A DNA stretch of 64,000 nucleotides from Eubacteriales bacterium. GTDB lineage: Bacteria > Bacillota > Clostridia > Oscillospirales > JAAYXM01. The stretch lies in assembly GCA_045636865.1 (NCBI GenBank), contig JAZTYJ010000017.1:5253-69252 (forward strand). The letters run 5' to 3'. The translations under genes and the position numbers were made by a program. Below, one piece after another: positions 7,885 through 16,577 of the stretch. The notes beneath the pieces were generated by a model. It was not told where the DNA came from. It saw nothing but the letters and a program-made list of their open reading frames with translations, and did not search any database. Each line of letters begins with the position of its first letter. Within the stretch, counting starts at the first letter, position 1.

Positions 7885-8829
7885 ATGAACGAGATTCTCT
7901 ACGATGAAAAGACGCTGATGCACGGCAGATACCCTGAAATAAGGAAGCTCGGCGTGTGCGGAATAAACGGCGAGATGACTCCGTTTGTCTGGAAAGGTCG
8001 CCTTATGCGCATGGAACTTATGGATCCGAGCTTTGGTACGAAGATTGATATGGAAACTCAAGGCGCTGCGATTCGAGATGTTGAGACAGGTGAAATCGTT
8101 TCGCCAATCGTAGCAAATGATCTCTATTTTCATTCTGCTTATGTAGAGGATGAAACCCTTTATATTCTCGGTGTCAAGAGAATGAGCCGCGACACCATCC
8201 GCATTTATGAAACAACAGACCTCATAAATTGGAAGGATCGCGATCTTTTAACAAATCCGGGTTGGACGTATTTCAACACAGGACTTACAAAAGGTCCTGA
8301 CGGCTATGCGATTATAATTGAGGCAGGCGAGCCTGAAAAACATGTAGAAGATGCGAAGGGATTTACTCACTTTTTTGCAACAAGCCCTGATATGAAGACA
8401 TGGACACACCTTGACCCGACGCGTTATTCACTTCCGACTGACCGTTATCAGGGCGGGCCGTGGCTTCGCTATTCCGACGGATGGTACTATGCATTTGCTG
8501 TAGAATGGCTTCCGGGAAGAATTTTCACGAATTACATCTTCCGAACAAAAGATTTTGAAAATTGGTATACAGGAAACTATAATCCTGTGCTTATGCCGTC
8601 AAACGAAGATAAAATTATATCACCGCGCGGAAAGGCACTTCTCGATGACGCTACGCTTAACCGTATAGAGACTGCATATAATATTAACAACAGCGATATT
8701 GACATGTGCGATTGGAACGGAAAGGTCTATATCAATTATCTTTGCGGAAATCAGCTGTGCTTCTATTGGATGTGTGAGGCTGAGGCTGATGGTACGGTTG
8801 CAGATTTCTTAAAATCATTTTTTGAATAA
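7885..8829 (+). CDS. Five-bladed beta-propeller glycosidase/glycoside-phosphorylase-like protein (GH130/GH43-type fold suspected)
   Basis: By eye, several blocks resemble GH130-type sequences: IRIYETTDLINW, FFATSPDMKTWT, GGPWLRYSDGWYYAF and a C-terminal VYINYLCG. The assignment is tentative. Confidence 0.5.
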   Translation: MNEILYDEKTLMHGRYPEIRKLGVCGINGEMTPFVWKGRLMRMELMDPSFGTKIDMETQGAAIRDVETGEIVSPIVANDLYFHSAYVEDETLYILGVKRMSRDTIRIYETTDLINWKDRDLLTNPGWTYFNTGLTKGPDGYAIIIEAGEPEKHVEDAKGFTHFFATSPDMKTWTHLDPTRYSLPTDRYQGGPWLRYSDGWYYAFAVEWLPGRIFTNYIFRTKDFENWYTGNYNPVLMPSNEDKIISPRGKALLDDATLNRIETAYNINNSDIDMCDWNGKVYINYLCGNQLCFYWMCEAEADGTVADFLKSFFE

Positions 8830-8835
8830 AATTTA

Positions 8836-8866
8836 CAGAGTCGTCATATTTGACGGCTCTGTTTTT
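8836..8866 (+). terminator. Intrinsic terminator after the propeller gene
   Basis: CAGAGTCGTCA-TATT-TGACGGCTCTG hairpin followed by TTTTTC. Confidence 0.7.
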
Positions 8867-8867
8867 C

Positions 8868-8896
8868 TTGAAAAACAGTTTTGATGGTGGTATAAT
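8868..8896 (+). promoter_or_regulatory. Sigma-70-type promoter for the HAD hydrolase gene
   Basis: TTGAAA (8868-8873), 17-nt spacer, TATAAT (8891-8896). Confidence 0.6.
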
Positions 8897-8944
8897 TGGC
8901 TTGAAAGTTAATTTGATTAATTTCTTTTATGAAAGGAAAAATAT

Positions 8945-9730
8945 ATGGAAAAATTACTCAACAAAGCAGGCTTTATCTGCGATATGGATGGTGTTATCTA
9001 CCACGGAAACCGTCTCCTGCCCGGTGCAAAGGAGTTTCTCGACTGGCTCAAGAAAAACGATAAGCACTATCTCTTCCTCACAAACTCGGGAAAGTATACC
9101 CCGAAAGAGCTTCAGCAGAAGCTGAAAAGACTCGGTCTTGATGTTGATGAGTCGCATTTTTACACAAGTGCACTTGCAACTGCACATTTTCTCGACAGTC
9201 AGGCACCGGGATGCAGTGCATACGTTATGGGTGAACACGGCATTATGAACGCGCTCTTTGACAAGGGCATTACATACAACGACGTTGACCCCGACTATGT
9301 CGTTGTCGGCGAGCCGAGCGGTTATAACCCCGATATGATTGCAAAGGCCGTAAGGCTCATTGAAAAGGGCGCAAAGCTCATCGGCACAAACTATGACCTC
9401 ACAGGTCCGACGGAGGAGGGAATAGTTCCTGCCTGCCGCGCATTTCTTGCTCCAATTGAGGTTATCACGGGACGTCAGGCATACTATGTCGGAAAGCCGA
9501 ATCCGCTTATGATGAGAACAGGTCTCAAGCTTCTCGGTGTTCACTCGGCAGAGGCGGCAATAGTAGGCGACAGAATGGATACCGACATCGTTGCCGGCAT
9601 TGAGACGGGTATCGACACCGTGCTCGTGCTCTCGGGAGTAACTACTATGGAGGAATGCGAAAAGTTCCCGTACCGTCCGCGAATTATCTTAAATGGAGTG
9701 GGGGATATCCCTGCCGCCGCAAATAAGTAA
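8945..9730 (+). CDS. HAD-IIA family sugar-phosphate phosphatase (NagD-like)
   Basis: The N-terminus has the HAD motif I, FICDMDGVIYHG. Further motifs are LTNSG and GDRMDTDI, and the length and layout are typical of NagD/Pho13-type hydrolases. Confidence 0.8.
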   Translation: MEKLLNKAGFICDMDGVIYHGNRLLPGAKEFLDWLKKNDKHYLFLTNSGKYTPKELQQKLKRLGLDVDESHFYTSALATAHFLDSQAPGCSAYVMGEHGIMNALFDKGITYNDVDPDYVVVGEPSGYNPDMIAKAVRLIEKGAKLIGTNYDLTGPTEEGIVPACRAFLAPIEVITGRQAYYVGKPNPLMMRTGLKLLGVHSAEAAIVGDRMDTDIVAGIETGIDTVLVLSGVTTMEECEKFPYRPRIILNGVGDIPAAANK

Positions 9731-9733
9731 ACA

Positions 9734-9765
9734 AAACGACACAGCATATGCTGTGTCGTTTTTTC
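9734..9765 (+). terminator. Intrinsic terminator
   Basis: AAAACGACACAGCATATGCTGTGTCGTTTTTT, a perfect 12-bp-arm hairpin followed by a T-run. Confidence 0.8.
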
Positions 9766-9832
9766 ATCATAATAAATAAAAGCACCTTCTTCTATCGGTA
9801 TCATATCATAATTTGTTGTGTTTTTTAATGAT

Positions 9833-9987
9833 ATATCGCTGCGCGATATGATATTCGGCGCTGCCGCATAATATATTTGCGATGCAAATATGATATAACA
9901 TCCGTTCCTTCATATGCCGAAGGCGTATATCATCGCTCGAAGAGCGATATCATATTGAAGATATATCACCCGTTCCGCAAGGAACGG
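9833..9987. repeat. Array of six ATAT-flanked mini-hairpins
   Basis: The six hairpins are: ATATCGC-tgc-GCGATAT (9833-9849); ATTCGGC-gct-GCCGCAT (9853-9869); ATATTTGC-gat-GCAAATAT (9873-9891); CCTTC/GAAGG or ATATGCC/GGCGTATAT (9907-9930); ATCGCTC-gaa-GAGCGAT (9932-9948); CCGTTCC-gcaa-GGAACGG (9970-9987). All are bracketed by (G)ATAT(C/G)AT. Confidence 0.6.
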
Positions 9988-9995
9988 ATATCATT

Positions 9996-10037
9996 GAAAG
10001 AGGTCACCTTTGTCCGTAGACAAAAGTGACCTCTTTC
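9996..10037 (-). other. Long hairpin abutting the tRNA-Leu 3' end (terminator-like or processing element)
   Basis: GAAAGAGGTCACCTTTGTC-cgta-GACAAAAGTGACCTCTTTC, about 19 bp with one mismatch. It starts 1 nt after the tRNA CCA. No clear U-run follows on the minus strand. Confidence 0.5.
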
Positions 10038-10038
10038 G

Positions 10039-10121
10039 TGGTGCGGGCGGTGGGACTTGAACCCACACGTCGAAGACACTGGCTCCTAAGACCAGCGCGT
10101 CTGCCATTCCGCCACGCCCGC
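10039..10121 (-). tRNA. tRNA-Leu (anticodon UAG)
   Basis: The reverse complement reads GCGGGCGTGGCGGAATGGCAGA..CTGGT-CTTAGGA-GCCAG..variable arm..GGGTTCAAGTCCCACCGCCCGCACCA. Confidence 0.93.
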
Positions 10122-10144
10122 GGGATATTAATAATGCAGAATTA

Positions 10145-10744
10145 TTACATTGTTCTTCTGCCTTCAAGAGCGCGAACGAGAGTCATCTCGTCTGCATATT
10201 CAAGGTGTCCGCCGACGGGGATACCGTAGGCAAGTCGTGTTATCGTGATGCCAAACGGTGAGAGCAGTCGGGAGATATACATCGCCGTAGCTTCACCCTC
10301 TGTATCGGGGTTTGTTGCGAGGATAACCTCGCGGACTTTTCCTTCTGCAACCCGCGCGCAGAGTTCTTTTATCCTGACATCATCGGGACCGATGCCGTTC
10401 ATCGGAGAGATGCAACCGTGAAGAACGTGATAAAGACCATTATATTCGCGCGTCTTTTCGATAGCCGCAACGTCTTTCGGGTCGGAAACCACGCATATCG
10501 TCTCGTTGTCTCTCGCTTCATCTTCGCAGATGGAGCAGATGTCAGAATCGGTCATATTCTGGCACACGGAGCAGAACTTGACTTTCTTTTTTGCTTCGAT
10601 AATCGCGTTTGCAAAGCCGTTTGCCTCATCCTCGGGAAGAGCGAGAACGAAAAATGCAAGACGCTGTGCTGTTTTTCTGCCGATTCCGGGAAGCTTCTGG
10701 AATTGCTCTATTAAGTTTTCCACGGGTGCTGTAAAAAAGCGCAT
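10145..10744 (-). CDS. recR: Recombination protein RecR
   Basis: It has [14 protein letters not shown] (HhH), a CxxC..CxxC zinc finger and a Toprim region (VVSDPKDV...ATNPDTEGE). Confidence 0.95.
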   Translation of the reverse strand: MRFFTAPVENLIEQFQKLPGIGRKTAQRLAFFVLALPEDEANGFANAIIEAKKKVKFCSVCQNMTDSDICSICEDEARDNETICVVSDPKDVAAIEKTREYNGLYHVLHGCISPMNGIGPDDVRIKELCARVAEGKVREVILATNPDTEGEATAMYISRLLSPFGITITRLAYGIPVGGHLEYADEMTLVRALEGRRTM

Positions 10745-10777
10745 CTCAAAGCCTCCTTGTCGCAGATTGTGTGAAAT

Positions 10778-11113
10778 TTAGAAAAGTCCCGGGATGTTCA
10801 TTCCGCCAGTAATTTTCTTCATATTTTCGCTTGCGGCAGTTTCTGCCTTGTTCATAGCCTCGGAGATAGCCGCAACGATGAGGTCTTCAAGCATTTCGAC
10901 ATCGTCAGGGTCAACTGCTTCGGGCTGAATCTTTATTGACGTAACTCTGTTCTTGCCGCTTACTGTTGCCTCGACAACACCGCCGCCTGCAGATGCAGTA
11001 TAGCTCTGTTCTTCAAGCTCCTGCTGCATGCGGAGCATATCCTGCTGCATCTTCTGAGCCTGCTTTATCATATTCATATTTATTCCGCCACCGGGAAATC
11101 CGCCTTTTGCCAT
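10778..11113 (-). CDS. ybaB: Nucleoid-associated protein YbaB/EbfC
   Basis: The protein is 111 aa with MIKQAQKMQQDM...ASAGGGVVEATVSG. It occupies the classic position between dnaX and recR. Confidence 0.93.
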   Translation of the reverse strand: MAKGGFPGGGINMNMIKQAQKMQQDMLRMQQELEEQSYTASAGGGVVEATVSGKNRVTSIKIQPEAVDPDDVEMLEDLIVAAISEAMNKAETAASENMKKITGGMNIPGLF

Positions 11114-11153
11114 AACTTTTATGAGCGTCGCGCCTTATGCGACACCTGCCTCC

Positions 11154-12803
11154 TTATTTGATTGTTATTTCGTCGAAATCTCCGAGTCCTTCAAGGAGCT
11201 CATCCATTCCGCTTGTTTCGGGAACTTCAACCGAGATTCCGCCGGCTGTAAGTATAATTCCGGGAGAAATCTCGTTTGCCGCCTCACGAAGAATGTTTAT
11301 GTTTTCGCTTTTCTTAAGCATTTGCATAACAAATGTGTTTTCACTCGTAAGAGTGAGGATATTGTCCGAAAACTCTGCCGATACCGTCGAGAAAAGGGGA
11401 GAGACACCGGGCGAGAGCTTCGGTTTTGCGCGTGAGAGAATTTTTGCCCACATATCGTCTGCACCTGACGGGGAAGCCTGCGGCTTTGGTTTTGGTGCAG
11501 CCGGTGCAGGTTTTGGTGCAGAAGGGCGTTCTGCCGCTACCTCCTTCGGAGGAGCATCAACCTCAAACGGAACATCTGCAAACGGGTCTGATGCAGGTTT
11601 TGGGGTTTCCTTTTTTGCAACAGGTGCAGAGGAAACTGCCGCAGGAGCAAAGCTTCCGTTTCTGAGCTTTTCGGAAAGCTCATTTACTTTCGCTGTGAGA
11701 GAGGAAAGGTTTTCACTTGCGGCATTCTCGCAAAGGCGAACACAGCATATTTCAGCATCAATGCGCTTGTTTGCGCTCATTGCAATCGCGCTTGTAGTAT
11801 CGCGGAGCGTCTCTATAACCGAGCAAAGACGGAATGTGTCGAAAAATCCTGCAAGGGACATAAGTTCGCCTGAAGAATATCTCGCGCTTATCTGCGGAAT
11901 TTCCTTTCCGTCTGCCGCTTTGAGAATCAGGATATCTCTGAATATATCCGAAAGCTCGTTAAGTACGGAATTTAAGTTTTTACCGCCTGCGTAAATCTGA
12001 TTGAGAAGGGAAAGCGCATCTCCGCTGTTGCATTTCGCAATAGCTTCTGCAAGGTCAAATGTCTGCTTGCGCCCTGCAAGACCGACAACGTCTTCAACCG
12101 TTTCCTCGGAGACGGTTTCGCCACTCATCGAAATGCACTGGTCAAGGAGCGAGAGAGCATCGCGCATTGCACCGTCTGATATGCTTGCGATATAGTCTGC
12201 CGCAACGTCTGAAAGCTGTGAGCCCTCGTGCCTTGCGATAAACTTAAGTCGCTCTGAAATTGCAGAGAGGGGGATGCGTTTAAAGATAAAACGCTGACAA
12301 CGCGACGCGATGGTTGCGGGAACCTTGTGGAGCTCCGTTGTAGCAAGAATGAAGACAACGTGAGCAGGTGGCTCCTCCATTATCTTTAAAAGCGCGTTGA
12401 ACGCACTCGAAGAGAACATATGAACCTCGTCGATTATGTAGACTCTCTTCTTTACGTTTGCGGGGGTGTAGATTGCCTCATCGCGGAGGTCACGGACGTG
12501 GTCAACACCGTTGTTTGATGCGGCGTCTATCTCAACGATATCAAGAATTTCGCCGCTTGTGATTCCGAGACAGGAAGGGCATTTGTTACACGGGTTTCCG
12601 TGGAACGGGTTTTCGCAGTTTATGGCTTTTGCAAGGATTTTGGCACACGAAGTCTTTCCGGTTCCGCGGGAGCCGGAGAAGAGATATGCATGAGATGTGT
12701 GCCCCGTCTCAATCTGACGGGTGAGCGTGTCGCAGATAGCCTCCTGACCTACAACATCAGAAAAGCTCTGCGGTCGCCACTTGCGATAAAGAGCCTGATA
12801 CAT
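11154..12803 (-). CDS. dnaX: DNA polymerase III subunit gamma/tau
   Basis: MYQALYRKWRPQSFSDVVGQ, Walker A GSRGTGKTS, a zinc module CxxCxxC and the DEVHM box are present. The C-terminal linker is Pro/Ala/Lys-rich. Confidence 0.96.
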   Translation of the reverse strand: MYQALYRKWRPQSFSDVVGQEAICDTLTRQIETGHTSHAYLFSGSRGTGKTSCAKILAKAINCENPFHGNPCNKCPSCLGITSGEILDIVEIDAASNNGVDHVRDLRDEAIYTPANVKKRVYIIDEVHMFSSSAFNALLKIMEEPPAHVVFILATTELHKVPATIASRCQRFIFKRIPLSAISERLKFIARHEGSQLSDVAADYIASISDGAMRDALSLLDQCISMSGETVSEETVEDVVGLAGRKQTFDLAEAIAKCNSGDALSLLNQIYAGGKNLNSVLNELSDIFRDILILKAADGKEIPQISARYSSGELMSLAGFFDTFRLCSVIETLRDTTSAIAMSANKRIDAEICCVRLCENAASENLSSLTAKVNELSEKLRNGSFAPAAVSSAPVAKKETPKPASDPFADVPFEVDAPPKEVAAERPSAPKPAPAAPKPKPQASPSGADDMWAKILSRAKPKLSPGVSPLFSTVSAEFSDNILTLTSENTFVMQMLKKSENINILREAANEISPGIILTAGGISVEVPETSGMDELLEGLGDFDEITIK

Positions 12804-12832
12804 TGAAAACCTACCCCTGTTTTATGCTTTGA

Positions 12833-13122
12833 CCTATTGCACGATCGCACACCCGAATTTCGACAACAGACGCATGTGCGGAATTTATACATCCAGCTCA
12901 GGACCGGCAACCCTGCGGCACACAAAGGAAACCGCTTAATGCTGCTCGGTTCCCCGCCTGACATGGTTCACGGCTCTTTGTTGCGCAGGACCGACCCATC
13001 AACACTGTATATATAACCCTGCCACACGCACCTGAGCCTCGATTCGGGAATTCGCCCCTGCTGTAGCGGATTGCAGGTACAGGGCACCGCTGACTCCCCG
13101 GTTAGTGCGATCTTGCAATAGG
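12833..13122 (-). ncRNA. ffs: Signal recognition particle RNA, long (Bacillus-type, Alu-domain-containing) form
   Basis: The termini pair (CCTATTGCAAGATCGCAC with GTGCGATCGTGCAATAGG). Domain IV reads GTCAGGCGGGGAACCGAGCAGC (compare GUCAGGUCCGGAAGGAAGCAGC). The position immediately 5' of dnaX matches that of Bacillus scr. Confidence 0.8.
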
Positions 13123-13151
13123 CCAAAGAAAATTAAAGTTAAAAAACTGAA

Positions 13152-14162
13152 TTACAAAAGCTTGATTCCGTGTTCACGGCAAATCTCAACGTCTGCCGCA
13201 GGCCATACGGATGACTGAACCTCACCGACGTGGGCGCAATCAAGAAGATACATGCAAAGCCTTGACTGACCGATGCCGCCACCGATGGTGTAGGGAAGCT
13301 CACCGTTTAAGAGAGCCTTCTGGAACGGAAGCTCAAGACGCTCTTCGCAGTTTTCTGAACGAAGCTGTGAAACCAGAGTTTCCTCGTCAACACGGATACC
13401 CATTGAAGAAATTTCAAACGGGCAATCAAGAAGCGGATAATAGAGGATTATATCGCCGTTTAAAGACCAGTCGTCGTAGTCGGGTGCACGACCGTCGTGC
13501 TTGCCACCACTCCTTAACTTTCCGCCGATCTGCGAAATGAAAACCGCGCCATACTCTTTTGAAATAGCATGCTCGCGCTGTTTTCCCGTAAGGTCGGGAT
13601 ACATCTCCTCAAGCTCATAAGTTGAGAAAAATGAAATCTCATCGGGAAGCTTCTTCTTTGTGCCGAAGCGCTCTGAAACTTCGTTTTCTGCCGCCTTGAC
13701 AACTGAATATATTTTACGGACGATGTCTCTTAAAAATTCATCGTTTCTGTCTTTTTTATCAATTACAAGCTCCCAGTCCCACTGGTCAACGTAGATTGAG
13801 TGGAGATTGTCTGTAACCTCGTCGCGGCGGATGGCGTTCATATCGGTATAGAGACCTTCGCCTTTATCAAAGCCATAAGTCTTAAGTGCCATTCTCTTCC
13901 ACTTTGCAAGGGAATGAACGATTTCATAGACGCTGCCGGGCTGTTCAAGAAGGTCAAAAACGACGGGACGCTCAATGCCGTTTAAGTTGTCATTGAGGCC
14001 CATTCCGCTTTTAACAAAAAGCGGAGCGCTGACACGCTCGAGGTTGAGAGCTTCAGCAAGCTTTCTCTCAAACATATCCTTTATCATTTTAACCCCGACT
14101 TCTGTTTCGCGGATAGACATTTTTCTGTCGTATCCTTCGGGGAGAATGAGACGTTCTTTCAT
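13152..14162 (-). CDS. asnA: Aspartate--ammonia ligase (asparagine synthetase A)
   Basis: The protein is 336 aa. It has an AsnA-type class-II-synthetase-like sequence (ERVSAPLFV, GLNDNLNG, DWDWE, GGGIGQSRL). Confidence 0.9.
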   Translation of the reverse strand: MKERLILPEGYDRKMSIRETEVGVKMIKDMFERKLAEALNLERVSAPLFVKSGMGLNDNLNGIERPVVFDLLEQPGSVYEIVHSLAKWKRMALKTYGFDKGEGLYTDMNAIRRDEVTDNLHSIYVDQWDWELVIDKKDRNDEFLRDIVRKIYSVVKAAENEVSERFGTKKKLPDEISFFSTYELEEMYPDLTGKQREHAISKEYGAVFISQIGGKLRSGGKHDGRAPDYDDWSLNGDIILYYPLLDCPFEISSMGIRVDEETLVSQLRSENCEERLELPFQKALLNGELPYTIGGGIGQSRLCMYLLDCAHVGEVQSSVWPAADVEICREHGIKLL

Positions 14163-14175
14163 AGGGCGTTACCTC

Positions 14176-15504
14176 TTAATACTTGATAAGATATCTGTTT
14201 ACCTCCCAATCGTGAACGGTGGAGGTGTATTCGTGCCACTCGCGGCGTTTTGCTTCGATATACTTCGGAGAAATGTGGTCACCGATTGTTTCGAGCATAA
14301 GTGAGTCGTTTTCAAAATCGTCAACAGCTTCTGAAAGGTTCTTCGGAAGTGAGAGGATTTTGTTTTCGCGAAGTTCTTTTCTTGACATTTCAAAGATGTT
14401 GGAGTCAACTGCCGCAGGGGGAGTGAGCCCTCTCTTTATGCCGTCAAGACCTGCTGCGAGAATTGCCGCAAATGCAAGATACGGGTTTGCAGCAGGGTCG
14501 GGGTTTCTGATTTCAACACGCGTACCCTCGCCGGATGCGCTCGGAACGCGGACAAGCGGACTGCGGTTTTTAGCAGACCATGCTATGTAAATCGGAGCTT
14601 CATAACCGGAAACAAGACGCTTATATGAATTTACAAGCGGATTTGTGACGGCAGACATACCGCGTGCGTGCTCAAGAACACCCGCGATGAAGGAATAAGC
14701 CTCTTTGCTGAGCCCGAGAGAGTCAGACGGATCGCAGAAGATATTCTTGCCGTTTTTTGAGAGTGAAATGTTTATGTGCATACCGGAGCCGCAGATACCG
14801 AAAATCGGCTTCGGCATAAAGGTAGCATGAAGCCCGTTTTTGTGGGCAATGGTTTTTACAAGAAGCTTGAATGTGATGATGTTGTCTGCAGTTGAGAGTG
14901 CCTCACCGTACTTGAAGTCGATCTCGTGCTGGCTGTCAGCATTTTCGTGGTGAGAGGCCTCAATTTCAAAACCCATCTCCTCAAGATAGCTGCACATCTC
15001 ACGGCGGACGTTTTCATCAGTGTCAACAGGGCCGAGGTCAAAGTAGCCTGCGCGGTCGTTTCTTATCGCGGTGGGGTTTCCGTTTTCGTCTGTCTTAAAG
15101 AGGAAGAACTCTGCCTCGGGACCGACGTTTACCGTATATCCCATTTTTGCCGCATCAGCAAGCGCGCGCTTTAAGACGCATCTCGGATCGCCCATAAACG
15201 GGTTTCCCTTTGTGTCGTAAACATCGCAGATAAGACGGGCAACCTTGCCTTCCTCCTTGATCCAGGGAAGGATGCAGAAGGTGTTGAGATCGGGATGAAG
15301 ATACATATCCGATTCTTCAACACGGACAAAGCCTTCGATAGAGGAGCCGTCAAACATACACTTGTTATCGAGGGCGTGGGAAAGCTGTCGTGATGTAATT
15401 GAAATATTTTTCATTGTGCCGAAGATGTCAGTAAATTGCAGGCGGATAAAACGCACGTCCTGCTCTTTTACTATTCTTTCGATGTCTTCACGAGTGTAAC
15501 CCAT
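14176..15504 (-). CDS. glnA: Glutamine synthetase, type I
   Basis: The protein is 442 aa with FTDIFGT, the [10 protein letters not shown] beta-grasp region, and NGSGMH-like ([10 protein letters not shown]), NRSPLVRVP and RVEIRNPD motifs. Confidence 0.95.
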   Translation of the reverse strand: MGYTREDIERIVKEQDVRFIRLQFTDIFGTMKNISITSRQLSHALDNKCMFDGSSIEGFVRVEESDMYLHPDLNTFCILPWIKEEGKVARLICDVYDTKGNPFMGDPRCVLKRALADAAKMGYTVNVGPEAEFFLFKTDENGNPTAIRNDRAGYFDLGPVDTDENVRREMCSYLEEMGFEIEASHHENADSQHEIDFKYGEALSTADNIITFKLLVKTIAHKNGLHATFMPKPIFGICGSGMHINISLSKNGKNIFCDPSDSLGLSKEAYSFIAGVLEHARGMSAVTNPLVNSYKRLVSGYEAPIYIAWSAKNRSPLVRVPSASGEGTRVEIRNPDPAANPYLAFAAILAAGLDGIKRGLTPPAAVDSNIFEMSRKELRENKILSLPKNLSEAVDDFENDSLMLETIGDHISPKYIEAKRREWHEYTSTVHDWEVNRYLIKY

Positions 15505-15540
15505 ATCGTACCTCCTTGGTATGTATCTGTAGATTATATT

Positions 15541-15569
15541 ATTCTACCACGAAAACGTGATTTTTTCAA
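15541..15569 (-). promoter_or_regulatory. Sigma-70-type promoter for glnA
   Basis: On the minus strand: TTGAAA (15569-15564), 17-nt spacer containing the small inverted repeat CACGTTTTCGTG, TAGAAT (15546-15541). Confidence 0.55.
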
Positions 15570-15572
15570 GTG

Positions 15573-16577
15573 TTATTTGGAATTGGAAAGTCGCACCTCT
15601 CCGCTTCTTAAAGAGGCATCTCCGCGGATTGAAACCGAAGAAAAACCGTACTTTTCCATAAGAAAAAGCTTATTGCTCTTCCGAAGCCCAGCCATCGCAG
15701 AAACTCTTTTAGGTGAGACAAAAAGAGAAAGCTCACCGCCGCGGAGGTTTTCCTTCTCGACTTTTTCTGTTGCAAGAGCGAGATATCGCGCCGCCTGTGC
15801 CATTTCTCCGAGCGCCGGATGATAAGGACCGCAAAGCGCGTCTCCCGAGGACAAATCCTCCGTCGGGTTGAGACCGAAGCGGATTATCGGAATATCTTTT
15901 TCTTCAAAAATCGAAATCAGCTCCGCACCGAGACGCGCCGCCTCATCGGGCGTTTGCGGAGTATATTTTCCGTATCTCCACAATGTCTCAAGTGCGGTGT
16001 CGCGGATGACGACTGTCGGATAGATTCTCACACCGTCAGGGGAGAGAGAGGCTATCTTTTTTGCAGTTTCAATGTCAAGCTCATTGCTTGAGCCGGGAAG
16101 ATTTGTCATCATCTGCAAAATGAGAGAAAATCCGAAACTTTTTATAAGTCGCGCTGATTTTTCGGTGTCTTTTGCCGTATGCCCACGTCCTGCCTTTAAG
16201 AGAACAGAATCGTTCATAGACTGTGCGCCGAGCTCAATTGTGCGGACACCAAAGCTCCAAAGAGTTTCTAAAATATCCTTACTTATGCAGTCGGGACGCG
16301 TCGAGAGTCGGATGTGCGACACATCACCGCGCTCAATAAAGCGGTGTGCCGCCGAAAGATAGCCCGTCATAAGTTCAGGCTCAATCGCAGTAAAGCTTCC
16401 GCCGTAAAAGGCAACCTCGGCACCCCGTCCCGATTTTGAAAGCGCAGTTTCAATGATGTTCGAGACATCGTCGGGTGTCGGTGGAGCGATAGTTCCCGCA
16501 ATTTTCTTCTGGTTGCAGAAAACACAGTCGTGCGGACAGCCGACATGCGGAATGAAAATCGGAATAATCAAGCTCAT
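15573..16577 (-). CDS. Radical SAM protein (ELP3/HemN-like small family)
   Basis: The N-terminus has CPHDCVFCNQ (CxxxCxxC), followed by a TIM-barrel-type radical SAM core. Its start overlaps the rnc stop (TAATG). Confidence 0.8.
   Translation of the reverse strand: MSLIIPIFIPHVGCPHDCVFCNQKKIAGTIAPPTPDDVSNIIETALSKSGRGAEVAFYGGSFTAIEPELMTGYLSAAHRFIERGDVSHIRLSTRPDCISKDILETLWSFGVRTIELGAQSMNDSVLLKAGRGHTAKDTEKSARLIKSFGFSLILQMMTNLPGSSNELDIETAKKIASLSPDGVRIYPTVVIRDTALETLWRYGKYTPQTPDEAARLGAELISIFEEKDIPIIRFGLNPTEDLSSGDALCGPYHPALGEMAQAARYLALATEKVEKENLRGGELSLFVSPKRVSAMAGLRKSNKLFLMEKYGFSSVSIRGDASLRSGEVRLSNSK

Noticed and set aside
8850-9125. 91-aa plus-strand ORF overlapping the start of the HAD hydrolase gene
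   Set aside because: It is an alternative frame covering the terminator, promoter and 5' end of the well-supported nagD-like gene.
9829-9992. CRISPR-like array
   Set aside because: The constant part is only a ~7-nt AT motif. The 'repeats' are individually different palindromes of 17-19 nt. There are no cas genes in the window.
10026-10229. 67-aa plus-strand ORF
   Set aside because: It is the antisense translation of tRNA-Leu plus the 3' end of recR.
11137-11994. 285-aa plus-strand ORF
   Set aside because: It is a shadow ORF antisense to dnaX. The translation is Ser/Ala/Phe-rich and low-complexity, there is no RBS, and dnaX on the other strand carries unmistakable motifs.
12749-12964. 71-aa minus-strand ORF upstream of dnaX
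   Set aside because: It lies inside the SRP RNA gene, and its sequence is explained by RNA structure.
15547-15563. CACGTTTTCGTG inverted repeat in the glnA promoter spacer as a GlnR/TnrA box
   Set aside because: It does not match the TGTNA-N7-TNACA consensus, and its 4-bp arms are too short to claim as an operator.
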